Counted from the stretch's first letter, positions 46,542 through 56,696 are shown. The stretch is DNA of 64,000 bases from an uncultured delta proteobacterium (GCA_963737265.1 CAVTRY010000016.1:352001-416000); one strand, 5' to 3'. Notes: generated from the sequence alone by a model not told the origin. Program-made: numbers and translations.

Positions 46542-48258
46542 CGTAGTGGGTTTCCAATCTTTCGTCGACGGTACGCTCGGGTGCAATCGTGCTGCTGATG
46601 CGCCGGACGACCTGGACACAATCGAGGATCGGCACAACGCGGCCCTGCCCAAGCACGGTTACGCCCGCAACCATGCGGCAGCCTGCCAGCGTCTCGTCGA
46701 GTGGCTTGACCACGATTTCCTGTACGCCAGAAAGCCAATCCACCAAAAACACGCCACGCTTGTTCCCGGCCTGGAGCACGACGGCGTAGGGCCTGGTCCA
46801 CGCTTGCGCCAGGCCCTGGCAGCCGAGCAGACGCCCGCCATCCGCCGACCGGATGAAATCGCCACGCCAAGAAACGAGCAGGACGCCGCCTACCACCTGC
46901 AAGTCGCTCTCGCGGATCTCGATCGCGTCCAAGATGAACCCCGTCGGAGCCGCGAACATTTCGCTATCGACGCCAAAGATGAGCGCCTTCTGCAGCGACA
47001 CGGTGACGGGCAGGTCGAGGACGAAGACCGTTCCCTGTCCGGCCGCCGACCGCACATCGATCGATCCGCCCAGGTCCTGGACGACGCTCGCCACCACATC
47101 CAGCCCGACGCCACGGCCGGCCAGGTTCGTCACCGCGCTCGCCGTCGAGAACCCCGCCCGGAAAATGAGCCGCTGAATATCCTTGTCCGCGAGCTTGTTG
47201 GTATCGATCCCGAGCCCCTTGGCCTTGGCCACGATCGCCTCCATGTCGAGGCCGCGCCCGTCGTCGGCAATACAAACGCTCACGCGCCCTTCGCGCATGC
47301 GAGCGCGGAGAAGGATGTGCGCTCGGGTCGGCTTGCCCGCGGACGCGCGCTCGGCTGGCGTTTCGATCCCGTGCGCCACCGAGTTGCGCACCACGTGCAT
47401 CAAGGGTTCGAGCAGGCGGCTGATGATGGCGCGATCCACTGCGGTTTCCCCACCCTCGATGAGCAATTCGATGGGTTGCCCGCGCTCCTGCGCCAAATCC
47501 CGCACATAGCGGGTGAAGCGGCGAAAGAGCATTGCGATGGGGGCCAGGCGCACCCGCAGCAGCTGATGCCGCATCTGGCGCGTGGCCCGCCCGAGATCGG
47601 TCAAAATTCGGTCCATCAAGGCGACATCGCTCGCTTCGACCTGGCCCCGCGCCAGGCGCCCATGAAAGCGCAGCAACTCTGTTTGTCCCACGATGGTCTC
47701 GCCTGCAAGCTCCAGCAGCTCGTCCACATCCCGGTCGGCGATGCGTGCATTTCCCGACCGCCCGCTGCCGTCAGCCACGGCCGAAAAACTCCCCGCCGCA
47801 TCACGATCCGCGGGAGGCTCCTGTACCCGGGCCGTGCCCGGCGATGTCCCCGACGCGGGCAATTCCTCGCCGACTTCTCTCGCTCGCCGCACGAAGGCAT
47901 CCGCCGCAATCGCATCCACCTCGCCTACAAGGGCCGACTCGATCGAGCGGCCGAGCAGGTCGCAACCGTCTATCAACACTTGCACCTCGGCCAAATTCTC
48001 GACTGGCGAACGGTCGGCGCACAGCGCGCAGAAATCTTCGAGGGCATGCGCTACCTGTTCGATCGGTGCAAGTCCCATCATGGCCGCGTTGCCCTTGATG
48101 GTGTGAAGTCCACCGCGGATCCCGCGCAACAGGGACGGCGTGTCACCACCCACCGTCCAAGCGTTCTCCAGCTTGAGCAACAACGAGCCCACTCCGTGCG
48201 AGACAGGCTTGGTCTCGTCGACAAAATCCTTCACGAGGGATGCGAACAGATCGTCCAC
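46531..48258 (-). CDS. cheA: CheA histidine kinase
   Basis: Hpt LHTIKGNA, HVVRNSVAHG, DDGRG, GFST, GRGVGLDVV, C-terminal CheW-like domain. Confidence 0.95.
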   Translation of the reverse strand: MDDLFASLVKDFVDETKPVSHGVGSLLLKLENAWTVGGDTPSLLRGIRGGLHTIKGNAAMMGLAPIEQVAHALEDFCALCADRSPVENLAEVQVLIDGCDLLGRSIESALVGEVDAIAADAFVRRAREVGEELPASGTSPGTARVQEPPADRDAAGSFSAVADGSGRSGNARIADRDVDELLELAGETIVGQTELLRFHGRLARGQVEASDVALMDRILTDLGRATRQMRHQLLRVRLAPIAMLFRRFTRYVRDLAQERGQPIELLIEGGETAVDRAIISRLLEPLMHVVRNSVAHGIETPAERASAGKPTRAHILLRARMREGRVSVCIADDGRGLDMEAIVAKAKGLGIDTNKLADKDIQRLIFRAGFSTASAVTNLAGRGVGLDVVASVVQDLGGSIDVRSAAGQGTVFVLDLPVTVSLQKALIFGVDSEMFAAPTGFILDAIEIRESDLQVVGGVLLVSWRGDFIRSADGGRLLGCQGLAQAWTRPYAVVLQAGNKRGVFLVDWLSGVQEIVVKPLDETLAGCRMVAGVTVLGQGRVVPILDCVQVVRRISSTIAPERTVDERLETHYDVF

Positions 48259-48272
48259 GCCTTGCCTCTGCG

Positions 48273-49937
48273 CTAACCGGTCTTGCGCATTTCGAAGATC
48301 CCTGACGGTACACCTTGCTTGGGGTTCGCACGACGCAAGAATTCGTTTTCGAGGGCCAGGCCAAGTTGGAAGGCAGCCAGCTCGAAGACTTCGATGTCGC
48401 CGATGGCCCGATCCCGCGTACCGTTGTCCAAATAGATGGTCGCGATCACGCGTTCGCTGCCTGGAACGGGCAACACCGCGATCTCGCCGGTGCACGGACG
48501 ATCCACGGATTCGAGGAAGGCCTGGGGCAGCCCGGCGCCGTCGTAGCACAGGCGGCGCGGCCGACTATCGGTCACGCAGTCCTTGAACACGCCGCTGGCG
48601 CCGACGGGCATGATGAGGCCTTGCGTTTTCTTGGCGAGAGGCGCACCCCACGCGGTTTTGCCGAAAGCACCGATGGCAACCAGGCGATCGAGATGCGGGA
48701 CGAACAGGACGCCGCGGTCGAGGGACTCAGCGACCGCCGACATCAAATTCGCCGACACCGAGGTATTGAGCAACCCCGAGCGCAGATCCACGATGATTCG
48801 GCGCAAGCGCGCGAAGCTCGCCCGGATTCCCTCCGTGATGGCTTGCTCGTTGGCCATGTACTTGCGCTGGCGAGCAGCGGATCGCATACAGGCGACGACG
48901 GTCGCGGGAACGGACGACGTGACCGACAGAACGCCCGACTGGTACATCTCGCGCAGCGGCGCCCGACCCTCGAAGAGCGCGATGACCGAGGCGCGCGGCC
49001 GGGATCGGCACAGCGCCGACAGCGTCGTCAGAGCATGAACCTGATAGCGCAGATCGATGACCACGATAGGCGGCGATTCGCCAAGCAGAGAGGCCCCGGC
49101 GTCGCGCAAGACCACTGCCGAGACACGATCACCGGATGGTTCGAGCAAGTCGTTGAGGTGCGCCAGCAACTCGGTATCGGGCGACACAATCTGAAAGCGA
49201 GGTCGATCGGACACCGGGAGCTGTTCGATAGGTGCGTGTTCCGCGGTCACCGCTACCGCGCGCCGAGCGTTTACCTCGGCAGACTGTCCCGTGGCCTTCT
49301 CATTCTTCTCGTCTTTCTCATTCTCGCCAAAACGAAGACCATCGAATTCACTGCCATCCACTGCGCGGTCGACATCCTTGCCTTCCCCTTGCGCGGCGGC
49401 GACCGAGGCGGCTGCTGCTTTGGCGGCGGACAACTCCGCGCCCTCGTCCATCCGGCGCAGGACATCCATGAGGACGGCCTGCGTGTCGAGGTCGACCTTG
49501 GGCGCGCCGGTGAAGCGCGTGACCTCGACGAGCGGCGTGAGATCGTCGATGGCAAAGTCAAACGATCCGGTTTTCCACGCCAGGATTTCGCCCACCACGC
49601 GCTCGATTTCTCGGCCCATAACATCGCGGATGGTTTCCGGCGTCGTGGCGCCCATGCGCGCCAGGATTTGGCCGATACTGCGGTGGGGCCGCTCGGCGTT
49701 TTGGGTTTCCAGGGCGGAGACCAGCGCACCCTGGTTGATGGCGCCGGCCGCGACCAGCAGCTCGCCCAGGCGGCGCGAGCGCTGATTCCACGCGCTGACG
49801 ATACGTCCACGTTCGAAGCCGACGAAACCTTCCTCGCGTCCGCTATTGACCGACAGGGTGCCCGAATGGCCGCCAAGCCGAATGAGCTGCATCACATCGA
49901 CAACCGCGACATCCTCGATCATCCCTTTGAAACTCAT
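48273..49937 (-). CDS. DUF4388 (PatA-N-like) domain protein with degenerate receiver and GAF-like region
   Basis: MSFKGMIEDVAVVDVMQLI...SGTL...F..GRI, RLGELLV, ILAWKTGSFDF; C-terminal AVLPV...IYLDN. Confidence 0.8.
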   Translation of the reverse strand: MSFKGMIEDVAVVDVMQLIRLGGHSGTLSVNSGREEGFVGFERGRIVSAWNQRSRRLGELLVAAGAINQGALVSALETQNAERPHRSIGQILARMGATTPETIRDVMGREIERVVGEILAWKTGSFDFAIDDLTPLVEVTRFTGAPKVDLDTQAVLMDVLRRMDEGAELSAAKAAAASVAAAQGEGKDVDRAVDGSEFDGLRFGENEKDEKNEKATGQSAEVNARRAVAVTAEHAPIEQLPVSDRPRFQIVSPDTELLAHLNDLLEPSGDRVSAVVLRDAGASLLGESPPIVVIDLRYQVHALTTLSALCRSRPRASVIALFEGRAPLREMYQSGVLSVTSSVPATVVACMRSAARQRKYMANEQAITEGIRASFARLRRIIVDLRSGLLNTSVSANLMSAVAESLDRGVLFVPHLDRLVAIGAFGKTAWGAPLAKKTQGLIMPVGASGVFKDCVTDSRPRRLCYDGAGLPQAFLESVDRPCTGEIAVLPVPGSERVIATIYLDNGTRDRAIGDIEVFELAAFQLGLALENEFLRRANPKQGVPSGIFEMRKTG

Positions 49938-49968
49938 GGCAGCCTCGATCGGGCGGCGTCCCCGTCGA

Positions 49969-50775
49969 TCATCCTTTCCTGACGAGATTGATCAGTCCCT
50001 CGAGGGTGCGCAGCTTGCGCGCGGCACGCGAGTACACGCGCGAGGCGAACAACGCCGAGGCGGCGTGCGCCCCGAGCAGGTCGAGCAAATCGCGGTCCTC
50101 CTCGTCCAGTTTCCCCTTGTGCTCGAACAGCTTGGTGATCACCAGCGCGCCCACGGTCACGTCCTGCACGCGCAGGGGAACGGTCACCAGCACGGGCGAA
50201 CCCTCGACCGGTCCGAAGCGCAGCATGCCGTCGATGAGAGACGCGTCGATGAGAGGATCACCGCCGGTGTAGTGTGGGGCACGCGACCAGGGCGCGTCGA
50301 TATCGCCCTCTTGCAGGCGGATTTCGAGAACCTTTTCGTCCTCGTCGCGCAAGAGCAGCGCAAACTGTTCTGCACCTAGGAGGTTGATCACGATCTCGGC
50401 GATGGTCGACTGCACATCCGCGGGATCGAGGGTCGCATGCAGCTGATAGGTCGCCACATAAAGGGTCATGAGACGCCCGACCTGGTGCTCGACCTCGGCC
50501 AGGCGGGCGGACAGCTCCTCGCGCTCGTTCTCGGCCTTGGCCAGGCGCAGCTCGCGCTCCGGAATCTCCGCCGAGGCCGCGCGCTGCTGCACGACCGACT
50601 TGCTGACTTCCTCGATGGCCGCCTGGGCGTCGTGGATGAGCTGGCGCGCGCGCATGAGAGTGGCAAGGGGATCGCCGCTGGTTTCCGCCGGGCAGAAGGG
50701 CTTGTGTGAGGGCCCGTGCGAACCGGCCCCTGCCGGCTTGCCCGCCGGAGCTCGCCCCGACCCTTCGACCGTCAT
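49969..50775 (-). CDS. Coiled-coil plus GAF domain protein
   Basis: Coiled coil, LYVATYQLHATLD, VPLRVQDVTVGALVI, DLLDLLGAHAASAL; ATGA overlap with cheY. Confidence 0.82.
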   Translation of the reverse strand: MTVEGSGRAPAGKPAGAGSHGPSHKPFCPAETSGDPLATLMRARQLIHDAQAAIEEVSKSVVQQRAASAEIPERELRLAKAENEREELSARLAEVEHQVGRLMTLYVATYQLHATLDPADVQSTIAEIVINLLGAEQFALLLRDEDEKVLEIRLQEGDIDAPWSRAPHYTGGDPLIDASLIDGMLRFGPVEGSPVLVTVPLRVQDVTVGALVITKLFEHKGKLDEEDRDLLDLLGAHAASALFASRVYSRAARKLRTLEGLINLVRKG

Positions 50776-51161
50776 GGCGAAACCTGCCTTCCTTCGAGAC
50801 GACCCATGATCTTGAGCAGGTCTTCGCGCTGGAAGGGTTTCTTGAGATAGGCGACCGCGCCCGCCTGCAATCCGCGCGCTATGTCCTCTTCCTTGCCTTC
50901 GGTCGAAACGATGATGACCGGAATCGACGCGAACGCCGAATGCGTCTTCACCTGACCGAGAAACTCCAACCCCGTCATGTGGGGCATGTTGAGGTCGAGG
51001 ATGATGACGTCGACGTCTGGATTCTCCGCCAGCCGCTCCAGACCTTCCCGCCCATCGTGCGCTGCAATGAGCACGCAAGGCCGAAGCATGACCTCGTACA
51101 TTTTGTGAATCAGGCGTGAGTCTTCGACGACCAACACCTTTCGAGTCTTAACAACATTCAC
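50772..51161 (-). CDS. CheY-like single-domain response regulator
   Basis: VLVVEDS, LDLNMPHMTG, VSTEG, YLKKPF. Confidence 0.9.
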   Translation of the reverse strand: MNVVKTRKVLVVEDSRLIHKMYEVMLRPCVLIAAHDGREGLERLAENPDVDVIILDLNMPHMTGLEFLGQVKTHSAFASIPVIIVSTEGKEEDIARGLQAGAVAYLKKPFQREDLLKIMGRLEGRQVSP

Positions 51162-51330
51162 CGCAGCCTCCCTTGAAGGGGAACCTCTGTGCGCCGGGCG
51201 CCACCGATTTGCGAAAGGAATATCGGCATGATGGATAGCCTGGCCGCTATGCCATGCTCGATTTCGTCTGTTTTTTCCGCAGACTTGAGCGGCGGTCGCC
51301 GCGGAGCTCCGAAGGTGGTCTAACCCTGGG

Positions 51331-52365
51331 CTAGCCCGAGCGATCCATCAGCCAGTAAAGGACCCACTGCAAGAGCCATCGGCGCAGCCCTTTTCGGGGA
51401 TCGCCCATGACCCAGTCCACCATCCAACAGAACGGCAGCTTCCTGCTCGTGACCAATTTAAAAATGCGCACCTGTTTCTTGTGCACGCGCTCAAGATGGT
51501 GAAGCAACCGCTCGCCTTCGGCGCTGCCGCGCAAAACCTGGCCCACGCCTTCGCCGCTGCGGATGGCGTAATAGATCCCTTCCGTCGAGAGCGGATTCAG
51601 AAAGCCGGCCGCCTCGCCGACCAGGCAAATCTTGCCGAAGCGCCATCCCCTGAAATCGGCGTTGCCCTTGGCGGCCTCGTGACGCAGCTTCGACACGTCG
51701 AGACCAAAGGTGCGTCCCACCCATTCCCCGGCGCGTTTCGCGACGTCGCGATCGAAGCGGTCGCCCTCGAAGGCGATGCCCACCATGGTCTGGCCGCGGC
51801 TGCGCGACATCATGTAGCCATAGCCGGCGGGGAATGTGCGCGGCAACCAATAGATGTGGAACTCGTCGGCCGGGCGATCGACGACGAAGTGGTAGGCCCA
51901 TCCCACGATACTCTCGCGCGGCAGCCCGAGATACCGGCGCACGATGGAACCCGCGCCGTCGGCGCCCACCAAGTGTTGGTAGCGAAACTTTCCCGTGCGC
52001 GTTTCCACGAATTCGGGCGTGATTCGTTGGACGGGTTCATTGAAACGGATCTCGGCGTCGCAGCCCTTCATCAGATGGCTCTCGACGGCGTAACGGCCGG
52101 CGGTCCAGGCGAATGGTCGCGGCAGCTTGAGCGCGTGGCTTTGGCAATCGTTGCCGACATGGATCTCGGTCCACGGTCGGCCGCGATCGAAGGTTTCGCC
52201 GGGCAGTACCTTGGCGGTCAGCTCGCCCGCGCAGATCTTTTTGCCCAGGCCTTCGCTCTTTTCCAGCACCAGCACACGCTGTCCCGATCCGGTCAGCGCG
52301 CGCGCGCACGAAAGCCCGCCCGGGCCCGCGCCGACGATGACGACATCGTATGAATCGACCTGCAT
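51331..52365 (-). CDS. FAD-dependent oxidoreductase, geranylgeranyl reductase family
   Basis: VVIVGAGPGG, KICAG, GADGAGS, VGEAAGF..P...EGIYYA. Confidence 0.85.
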   Translation of the reverse strand: MQVDSYDVVIVGAGPGGLSCARALTGSGQRVLVLEKSEGLGKKICAGELTAKVLPGETFDRGRPWTEIHVGNDCQSHALKLPRPFAWTAGRYAVESHLMKGCDAEIRFNEPVQRITPEFVETRTGKFRYQHLVGADGAGSIVRRYLGLPRESIVGWAYHFVVDRPADEFHIYWLPRTFPAGYGYMMSRSRGQTMVGIAFEGDRFDRDVAKRAGEWVGRTFGLDVSKLRHEAAKGNADFRGWRFGKICLVGEAAGFLNPLSTEGIYYAIRSGEGVGQVLRGSAEGERLLHHLERVHKKQVRIFKLVTSRKLPFCWMVDWVMGDPRKGLRRWLLQWVLYWLMDRSG

Positions 52366-52388
52366 CGGCGCAGTGTACACGGTGGACG

Positions 52389-54659
52389 CTACCGCCGGTG
52401 CCGACGAAACGACAGTGCCTTCATCACCGATGCCGCTTGGTTCTCGCTGCAGCCAAGACGCCGCGCGATCACCGGCTCGCGCACGCCGGCGGAGATCTTG
52501 GCTGCGACCTCCTGAACCTCGTCGGCGCGAATCGCGAGACTACCGAAGACGGGAAAGCCCATCGCCAGATAGGTATCGTCGCCGATCGTCGAGGACGGCT
52601 GGAAAGACCGCGCGTGCGCCGGAGGAAGCGCTAGCCGCACGCTCGGCCCAAGTTGCGCTCGGCACAGCGCCGCGCGCGCGACCACGGCTTCGGGCCGCAA
52701 CAGCGAGCCAACGTAAAGCACATACCGACCCATCTTGATTCCAGCCCGGCCGAGGCGGCTGCGATCCGCGCCGTCGAGCTGTCGCAACTGCGCCTGGGCC
52801 TGGCTCGCCAAGGCGGTGCCCAGCCCCTGTTCGATCTGGTACAAGATTCCGCGCGCGCTCGGGCCGAGACCATCGAGGCGTGCATCTCGCAAAGGTGCCA
52901 AGAGGGTCTCGGCCACATCACGCGCCCAGGCGACGAGGCGACGTTGCAGGCGCATGCGCGCCGCCGGCCCCAGCGCAGCGACGGTCACGGCGACCTCAGG
53001 CCGCAGCAGATCCGCGCCTCGGGTCATGCGCCCCAGCACGCGTCCGCCGCTCACGATGCGTCCATCGCCCTCGAAGCTGAATCGATCGTGAGGGGCATCC
53101 ACCAGTTCTTCGACCCAGTCGTCGGCGGTCAGACCCGCGGCGGCACCGGCGTCGGGCAAGTCGGCCACCGCCAGCCGCAATTGCTCGGCGAAAGGCCCGG
53201 TCGGGCGGGCTCGCTTGCGCCCTGCCCGGCCGCCGGCATCGACAAAGCGCCGCACCAGCTTGTCGTGCAGGGCATCGCTCAGCTGGTCCTCGAGGGCGCG
53301 CGCCCTCTCCTGCCAGCCTCGCGCATCGTCGAGCCAGCGCGAGTGATGGGTGATGTAGGTCCAGGTCCGGACAAAGGCCATGCGCGCGAGCAAGGTGTCG
53401 ATGTCGCCTTGCAACTCGGAAAGGCGTTCGATCTGGCGCGCAATCCAGTCGCGTTCGAGACGTCCCCGCGGACCGGAAAGTTGCAGGAACACCGCACGCA
53501 ACAGTTTGTAGTGGTCGTCGAGCTCGAGCTGACGAAAATCCGGAATCTGACAGACCTGCCAGAGCAAGGCGACGTTGTCGACGGAGCGGCAGCGAGCGGC
53601 GATCTCCGACTCGGTGCCGAGACGAGCCAGGGCGCGGCTGTCGTCGGCGTCGCTGGTAAGCTCCAAATACGCGGCCGGCGGACGGCGGGCCAGCGATGCC
53701 GCCAGGGTTTCGAGCGAGCTCATGTCGAGGTCGGTGTTGCGCCAGAACACGCGCGTCTGCACCGGGAAGTGATGTTCCTCGATGGCGCGCACGCTGGCCG
53801 GGGACAAAGGCGGAAGCGGCGCCAGCGTGACGAATTTCCCGTTGTTGTGGTGCCGGCCGGCACGGCCCGCGATCTGGGCCAGCTCGGCGTCTTCAAGCTC
53901 GCGCAACTTGCGCCCGTCGAACTTGCGCAGATCGGCGAAGGCCACGCAGTCCACGTCCATGTTCAGCCCCATGCCGATGGCATCGGTTGCCACCATGTAA
54001 TCCACTTCGCCCGACTGATACAAGGCAACCTGCGCGTTGCGAGCGCGCGGAGACAGCGCTCCCATCACCACCGCGGTACCACCCCGACGAGCACGCAGGC
54101 GTTCGGCCAGCTCGTACACCCGATCCACCGAAAACGCGACCACCGCGGTGCGCGGCGGCAGCGCGCGTAAGGTCGCAGATCCATCCCAAGACAGGCGCGA
54201 GAGGCGCGGCTTGCGTTCAATTGTGGCGGTGGGCACCAGTCGGTCGAGAATGGGATGGATGGTGTCCGCGCCGAGCAGCCAGGTTTCACGCCGGCCGCGC
54301 CAGTTGAGCAGACGATCCGTGAACACATGTCCACGCTCGGCGTGGCCGGCCAGATGAATTTCATCGACGGCAAGGAAGTCCACCTCGCGCGCCGCCGGCA
54401 TGGCCTCGACGGTGCAGATGAAGTAGCGCGGCCTCGGCGGCATGCGCTTCTCCTCGCCGGTGATGAGCGCTACCGCGCTTTCACCCACCCGCGCAGTGAC
54501 CCGGTCGTAGACCTCGCGCGCGAGCAGGCGCAACGGCAAACCGATCATCCCCGAGTCGTGCGCGAGCATGCGCTCCACCGCGCGATGGGTCTTGCCCGTG
54601 TTGGTCGGGCCGATGTGCGCGGTGATGCTCGACGCGAGCGCGGTCCGCGAAAAGGGCAT
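52389..54659 (-). CDS. Suv3-like (MgpS-type) SF2 helicase
   Basis: GPTNTGKT, PLRLLARE, CTVE, DEIH, ATDAIGMGLN, QIAGRAGR. Confidence 0.92.
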   Translation of the reverse strand: MPFSRTALASSITAHIGPTNTGKTHRAVERMLAHDSGMIGLPLRLLAREVYDRVTARVGESAVALITGEEKRMPPRPRYFICTVEAMPAAREVDFLAVDEIHLAGHAERGHVFTDRLLNWRGRRETWLLGADTIHPILDRLVPTATIERKPRLSRLSWDGSATLRALPPRTAVVAFSVDRVYELAERLRARRGGTAVVMGALSPRARNAQVALYQSGEVDYMVATDAIGMGLNMDVDCVAFADLRKFDGRKLRELEDAELAQIAGRAGRHHNNGKFVTLAPLPPLSPASVRAIEEHHFPVQTRVFWRNTDLDMSSLETLAASLARRPPAAYLELTSDADDSRALARLGTESEIAARCRSVDNVALLWQVCQIPDFRQLELDDHYKLLRAVFLQLSGPRGRLERDWIARQIERLSELQGDIDTLLARMAFVRTWTYITHHSRWLDDARGWQERARALEDQLSDALHDKLVRRFVDAGGRAGRKRARPTGPFAEQLRLAVADLPDAGAAAGLTADDWVEELVDAPHDRFSFEGDGRIVSGGRVLGRMTRGADLLRPEVAVTVAALGPAARMRLQRRLVAWARDVAETLLAPLRDARLDGLGPSARGILYQIEQGLGTALASQAQAQLRQLDGADRSRLGRAGIKMGRYVLYVGSLLRPEAVVARAALCRAQLGPSVRLALPPAHARSFQPSSTIGDDTYLAMGFPVFGSLAIRADEVQEVAAKISAGVREPVIARRLGCSENQAASVMKALSFRRHRR

Positions 54660-55010
54660 AAATCATTCTAATCGGCCGCGGGCAAAGTCGCCGGCCGAAC
54701 AGGCAGTGTGCCCAAAGCGGCTATTTCTTGCGAACGGAAGCCCCTAGAACCCTCATCACCGACGTTCGGCATGGCCGAGCCACGCGCTGCTCCTCGCCGG
54801 TGATGAGCCCTGCTATCGGGCTACTGGCAACCTTGATTGCAGATCGCAGGCGTGAGGTCGGCCGCGGTTGAGGAGATCAGGGCCGCGCAAGTCAGTGCGT
54901 TGATTGCGTCGATGCAAGCGGACGGCTTGCGTGAGCCACGCTTTCCGCCTGCCGCGCACCCAACACGCTCACCCCCTCGCCCACGCGGCCCGCCAGCCGC
55001 AGGCGGCCAG

Positions 55011-56112
55011 CTAGTTTTCGCCGCGACCGCCGGTGCCCTTGGTTTCGACGGAGATCGCACGCGCTGCCTCGTGCGGGCGTAGCGAGCGGGTGGCCTTGCC
55101 GGCCCGCCACATCTCGCTGTTACCCATCTCGGCCAACTCCTTGCCAAGCTTTTCCTGGTAGTCGGCGCCGCCCGTGGATTCGAGCACGCGCTTGCATTCC
55201 TTGCCCGACGCCACGCGATCGTAGAGCAGCTCGAACACCGGCTGCACGGCCTGCTTGAACCGGGGGCGCCAGTCGAGCGCACCGCGCTGGGCGGTCGCCG
55301 AGCAGTTCGAGTACATCCAGTCCATGCCGTTCTCGCCGACCAGGCGAATCAGGCTCTCGGTCAGCTCCTCGACTGTCTCGTTGAAGGCTTCGCTCGGGCT
55401 GTGGCCGTTGGCGCGCAGAACATCGTACTGGGCGTCCATGATGCCCGCCAGGGCGCCCATGAGCACGCCGCGCTCGCCAGTGAGATCGCTGAAGACTTCC
55501 TTCTGGAAGGTCGTCGGGAAGAGATAGCCCGAACCCACCGCGATGCCGAGCGCCATGGCAGCGATCCTTGGCGCGGCCGGTGGAGTCCTGCTCGACGGCA
55601 AAGCTGGAATTGATGCCAGCACCGGACAGGAAGTTGCGGCGCACCGAGGTGCCCGAGCCCTTGGGCGCGACCATGATGACGTCCACGTCCGCGGGCGGAA
55701 TCACGCCGGTCTGATCCCTATAGACGATGGAAAAGCCGTGCGAGAAGTAAACTGCGTCGCCCTTCTTGAGGTGCTTCTTGATCTCGGGCCAAATCGCTTT
55801 CTGCGCGGCGTCCGACACCAACATCTGAATGATGGTGCCCTTTTCGGCCGCTTCCTCGATCTCGAACAACGTCTTGCCTGGTTCCCAGCCATCGCGCACG
55901 GCCCGATCCCAGTCGCGCTTGAACTTGGACGACTGGCCGATGATCACCTGAAAGCCGTTGTCCTTCATGTTGAGCGCCTGGGCCGGTCCCTGCACGCCAT
56001 AGCCGATCACCGCGATGGTCTCGTTCTTGAGCACTTCGAGTGCCTTCTTGACCGGAAACTCTTCGCGCGTGATGACTTCTTCTTTGACTCCACCAAAATC
56101 GATCGTTGCCAT
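55011..56112 (-). CDS. ilvC: Ketol-acid reductoisomerase (Ilv5/Bacteroidetes-like type) with a +1 frameshift near 55559
   Basis: GYGVQG, FSHGF and APKGSG in one frame; ALGIAVGSGY, SDLTGERGVL, SEAFNETVEE and NCSATA in the next. Confidence 0.93.
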
Positions 56113-56186
56113 GGATTCTCCTGATGTTTCGTGCTTCGAGACACGGAAAGACGCCCCGAAAAAGGGACCTGACAATCTGACACCCC

Positions 56187-56296
56187 ACCCCACTCTGTCA
56201 AGCCACGCTGTGACTCGCCGCAACCTGAATATTCAACGTATACGTGGTTTTCCCGCCGACCCCACTCTGTCAAGCCACGCTGTGACTCGCCGCAAC
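56187..56296 (-). repeat. Two identical 38-bp repeats separated by a 34-bp unique spacer (CRISPR-like mini-array)
   Basis: ACCCCACTCTGTCAAGCCACGCTGTGACTCGCCGCAAC at 56187-56224 and 56259-56296. The repeat itself is certain; a CRISPR origin is not. Confidence 0.85.
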
Positions 56297-56322
56297 TCAG
56301 TCGGACCGCCGCGACTCAGGTA

Positions 56323-56351
56323 TTGACCTCCGCCCACGTGGCTGGTAGTTA
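56323..56351 (+). promoter_or_regulatory. Sigma70-like promoter of tRNA-Ala
   Basis: TTGACC-N17-TAGTTA ending 28 bp before the tRNA. Confidence 0.55.
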
Positions 56352-56379
56352 CTCTCCCGCGACCTCGCGAGGGGTTGAT

Positions 56380-56452
56380 GGGGCTGTAGCTCAGCTGGGA
56401 GAGCGCCTGAATGGCATTCAGGAGGCCGACAGTTCGATCCTGTTCAGCTCCA
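56380..56452 (+). tRNA. tRNA-Ala(GGC)
   Basis: GGGGCTGTAGCTCAGCTGGGAGAGCG, anticodon arm CCTGA-ATGGCAT-TCAGG, GTTCGAT T-loop, acceptor CAGCTCC-A; followed by CAA rather than CCA. Confidence 0.97.
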
Positions 56453-56465
56453 CAATACTACTAAG

Positions 56466-56500
56466 GAAATCGCCACCGCAGGGCGGCGTTTTTCTTTCTT
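56466..56500 (+). terminator. Putative intrinsic terminator after the tRNA
   Basis: CGCC...GGCG stem followed by TTTTTCTTTCTT. Confidence 0.5.
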
Positions 56501-56539
56501 CGGAACGATACCGGAACGATATTCTGGCGAACGCCAGCC

Positions 56540-56696
56540 CTGAAAGACTTTCCCAGGAGCCCCACCGTCACCCGCTTCGTCCGCCCGGAAGCCACGCCTT
56601 CCGGGTTGGCGTAGCTTTGCAACGTGGTCTTGGCCGACTCGTGGCCCATAGACGCGGCCACGGCGTGCGCGGACATGCCGGCCTCCAGGCGAGGGT
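56540..56696 (-). pseudogene. C-terminal remnant of a tyrosine recombinase (integrase)
   Basis: (TLA)LEAGMSAHAVAASMGHESAKTTLQSYA matches the box II GH...TT..Y motif; points toward the tRNA 3' end; the rest of the gene is missing. Confidence 0.75.

Noticed and set aside
54660-55010. ncRNA between the helicase and ilvC
   Set aside because: GC-rich hairpins only; no recognisable family, and compatible with a 3' UTR or terminator.
56224-56235. Spacer start CCTGAATATTCA equals the tRNA-Ala anticodon arm with GGC removed
   Set aside because: Only 12 nt, gapped and self-palindromic; the rest of the spacer does not match the tRNA, so it is not a credible homing spacer.
56187-56296. Complete CRISPR-Cas locus
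   Set aside because: Only two repeats and no cas genes in the window; kept as a candidate mini-array only.
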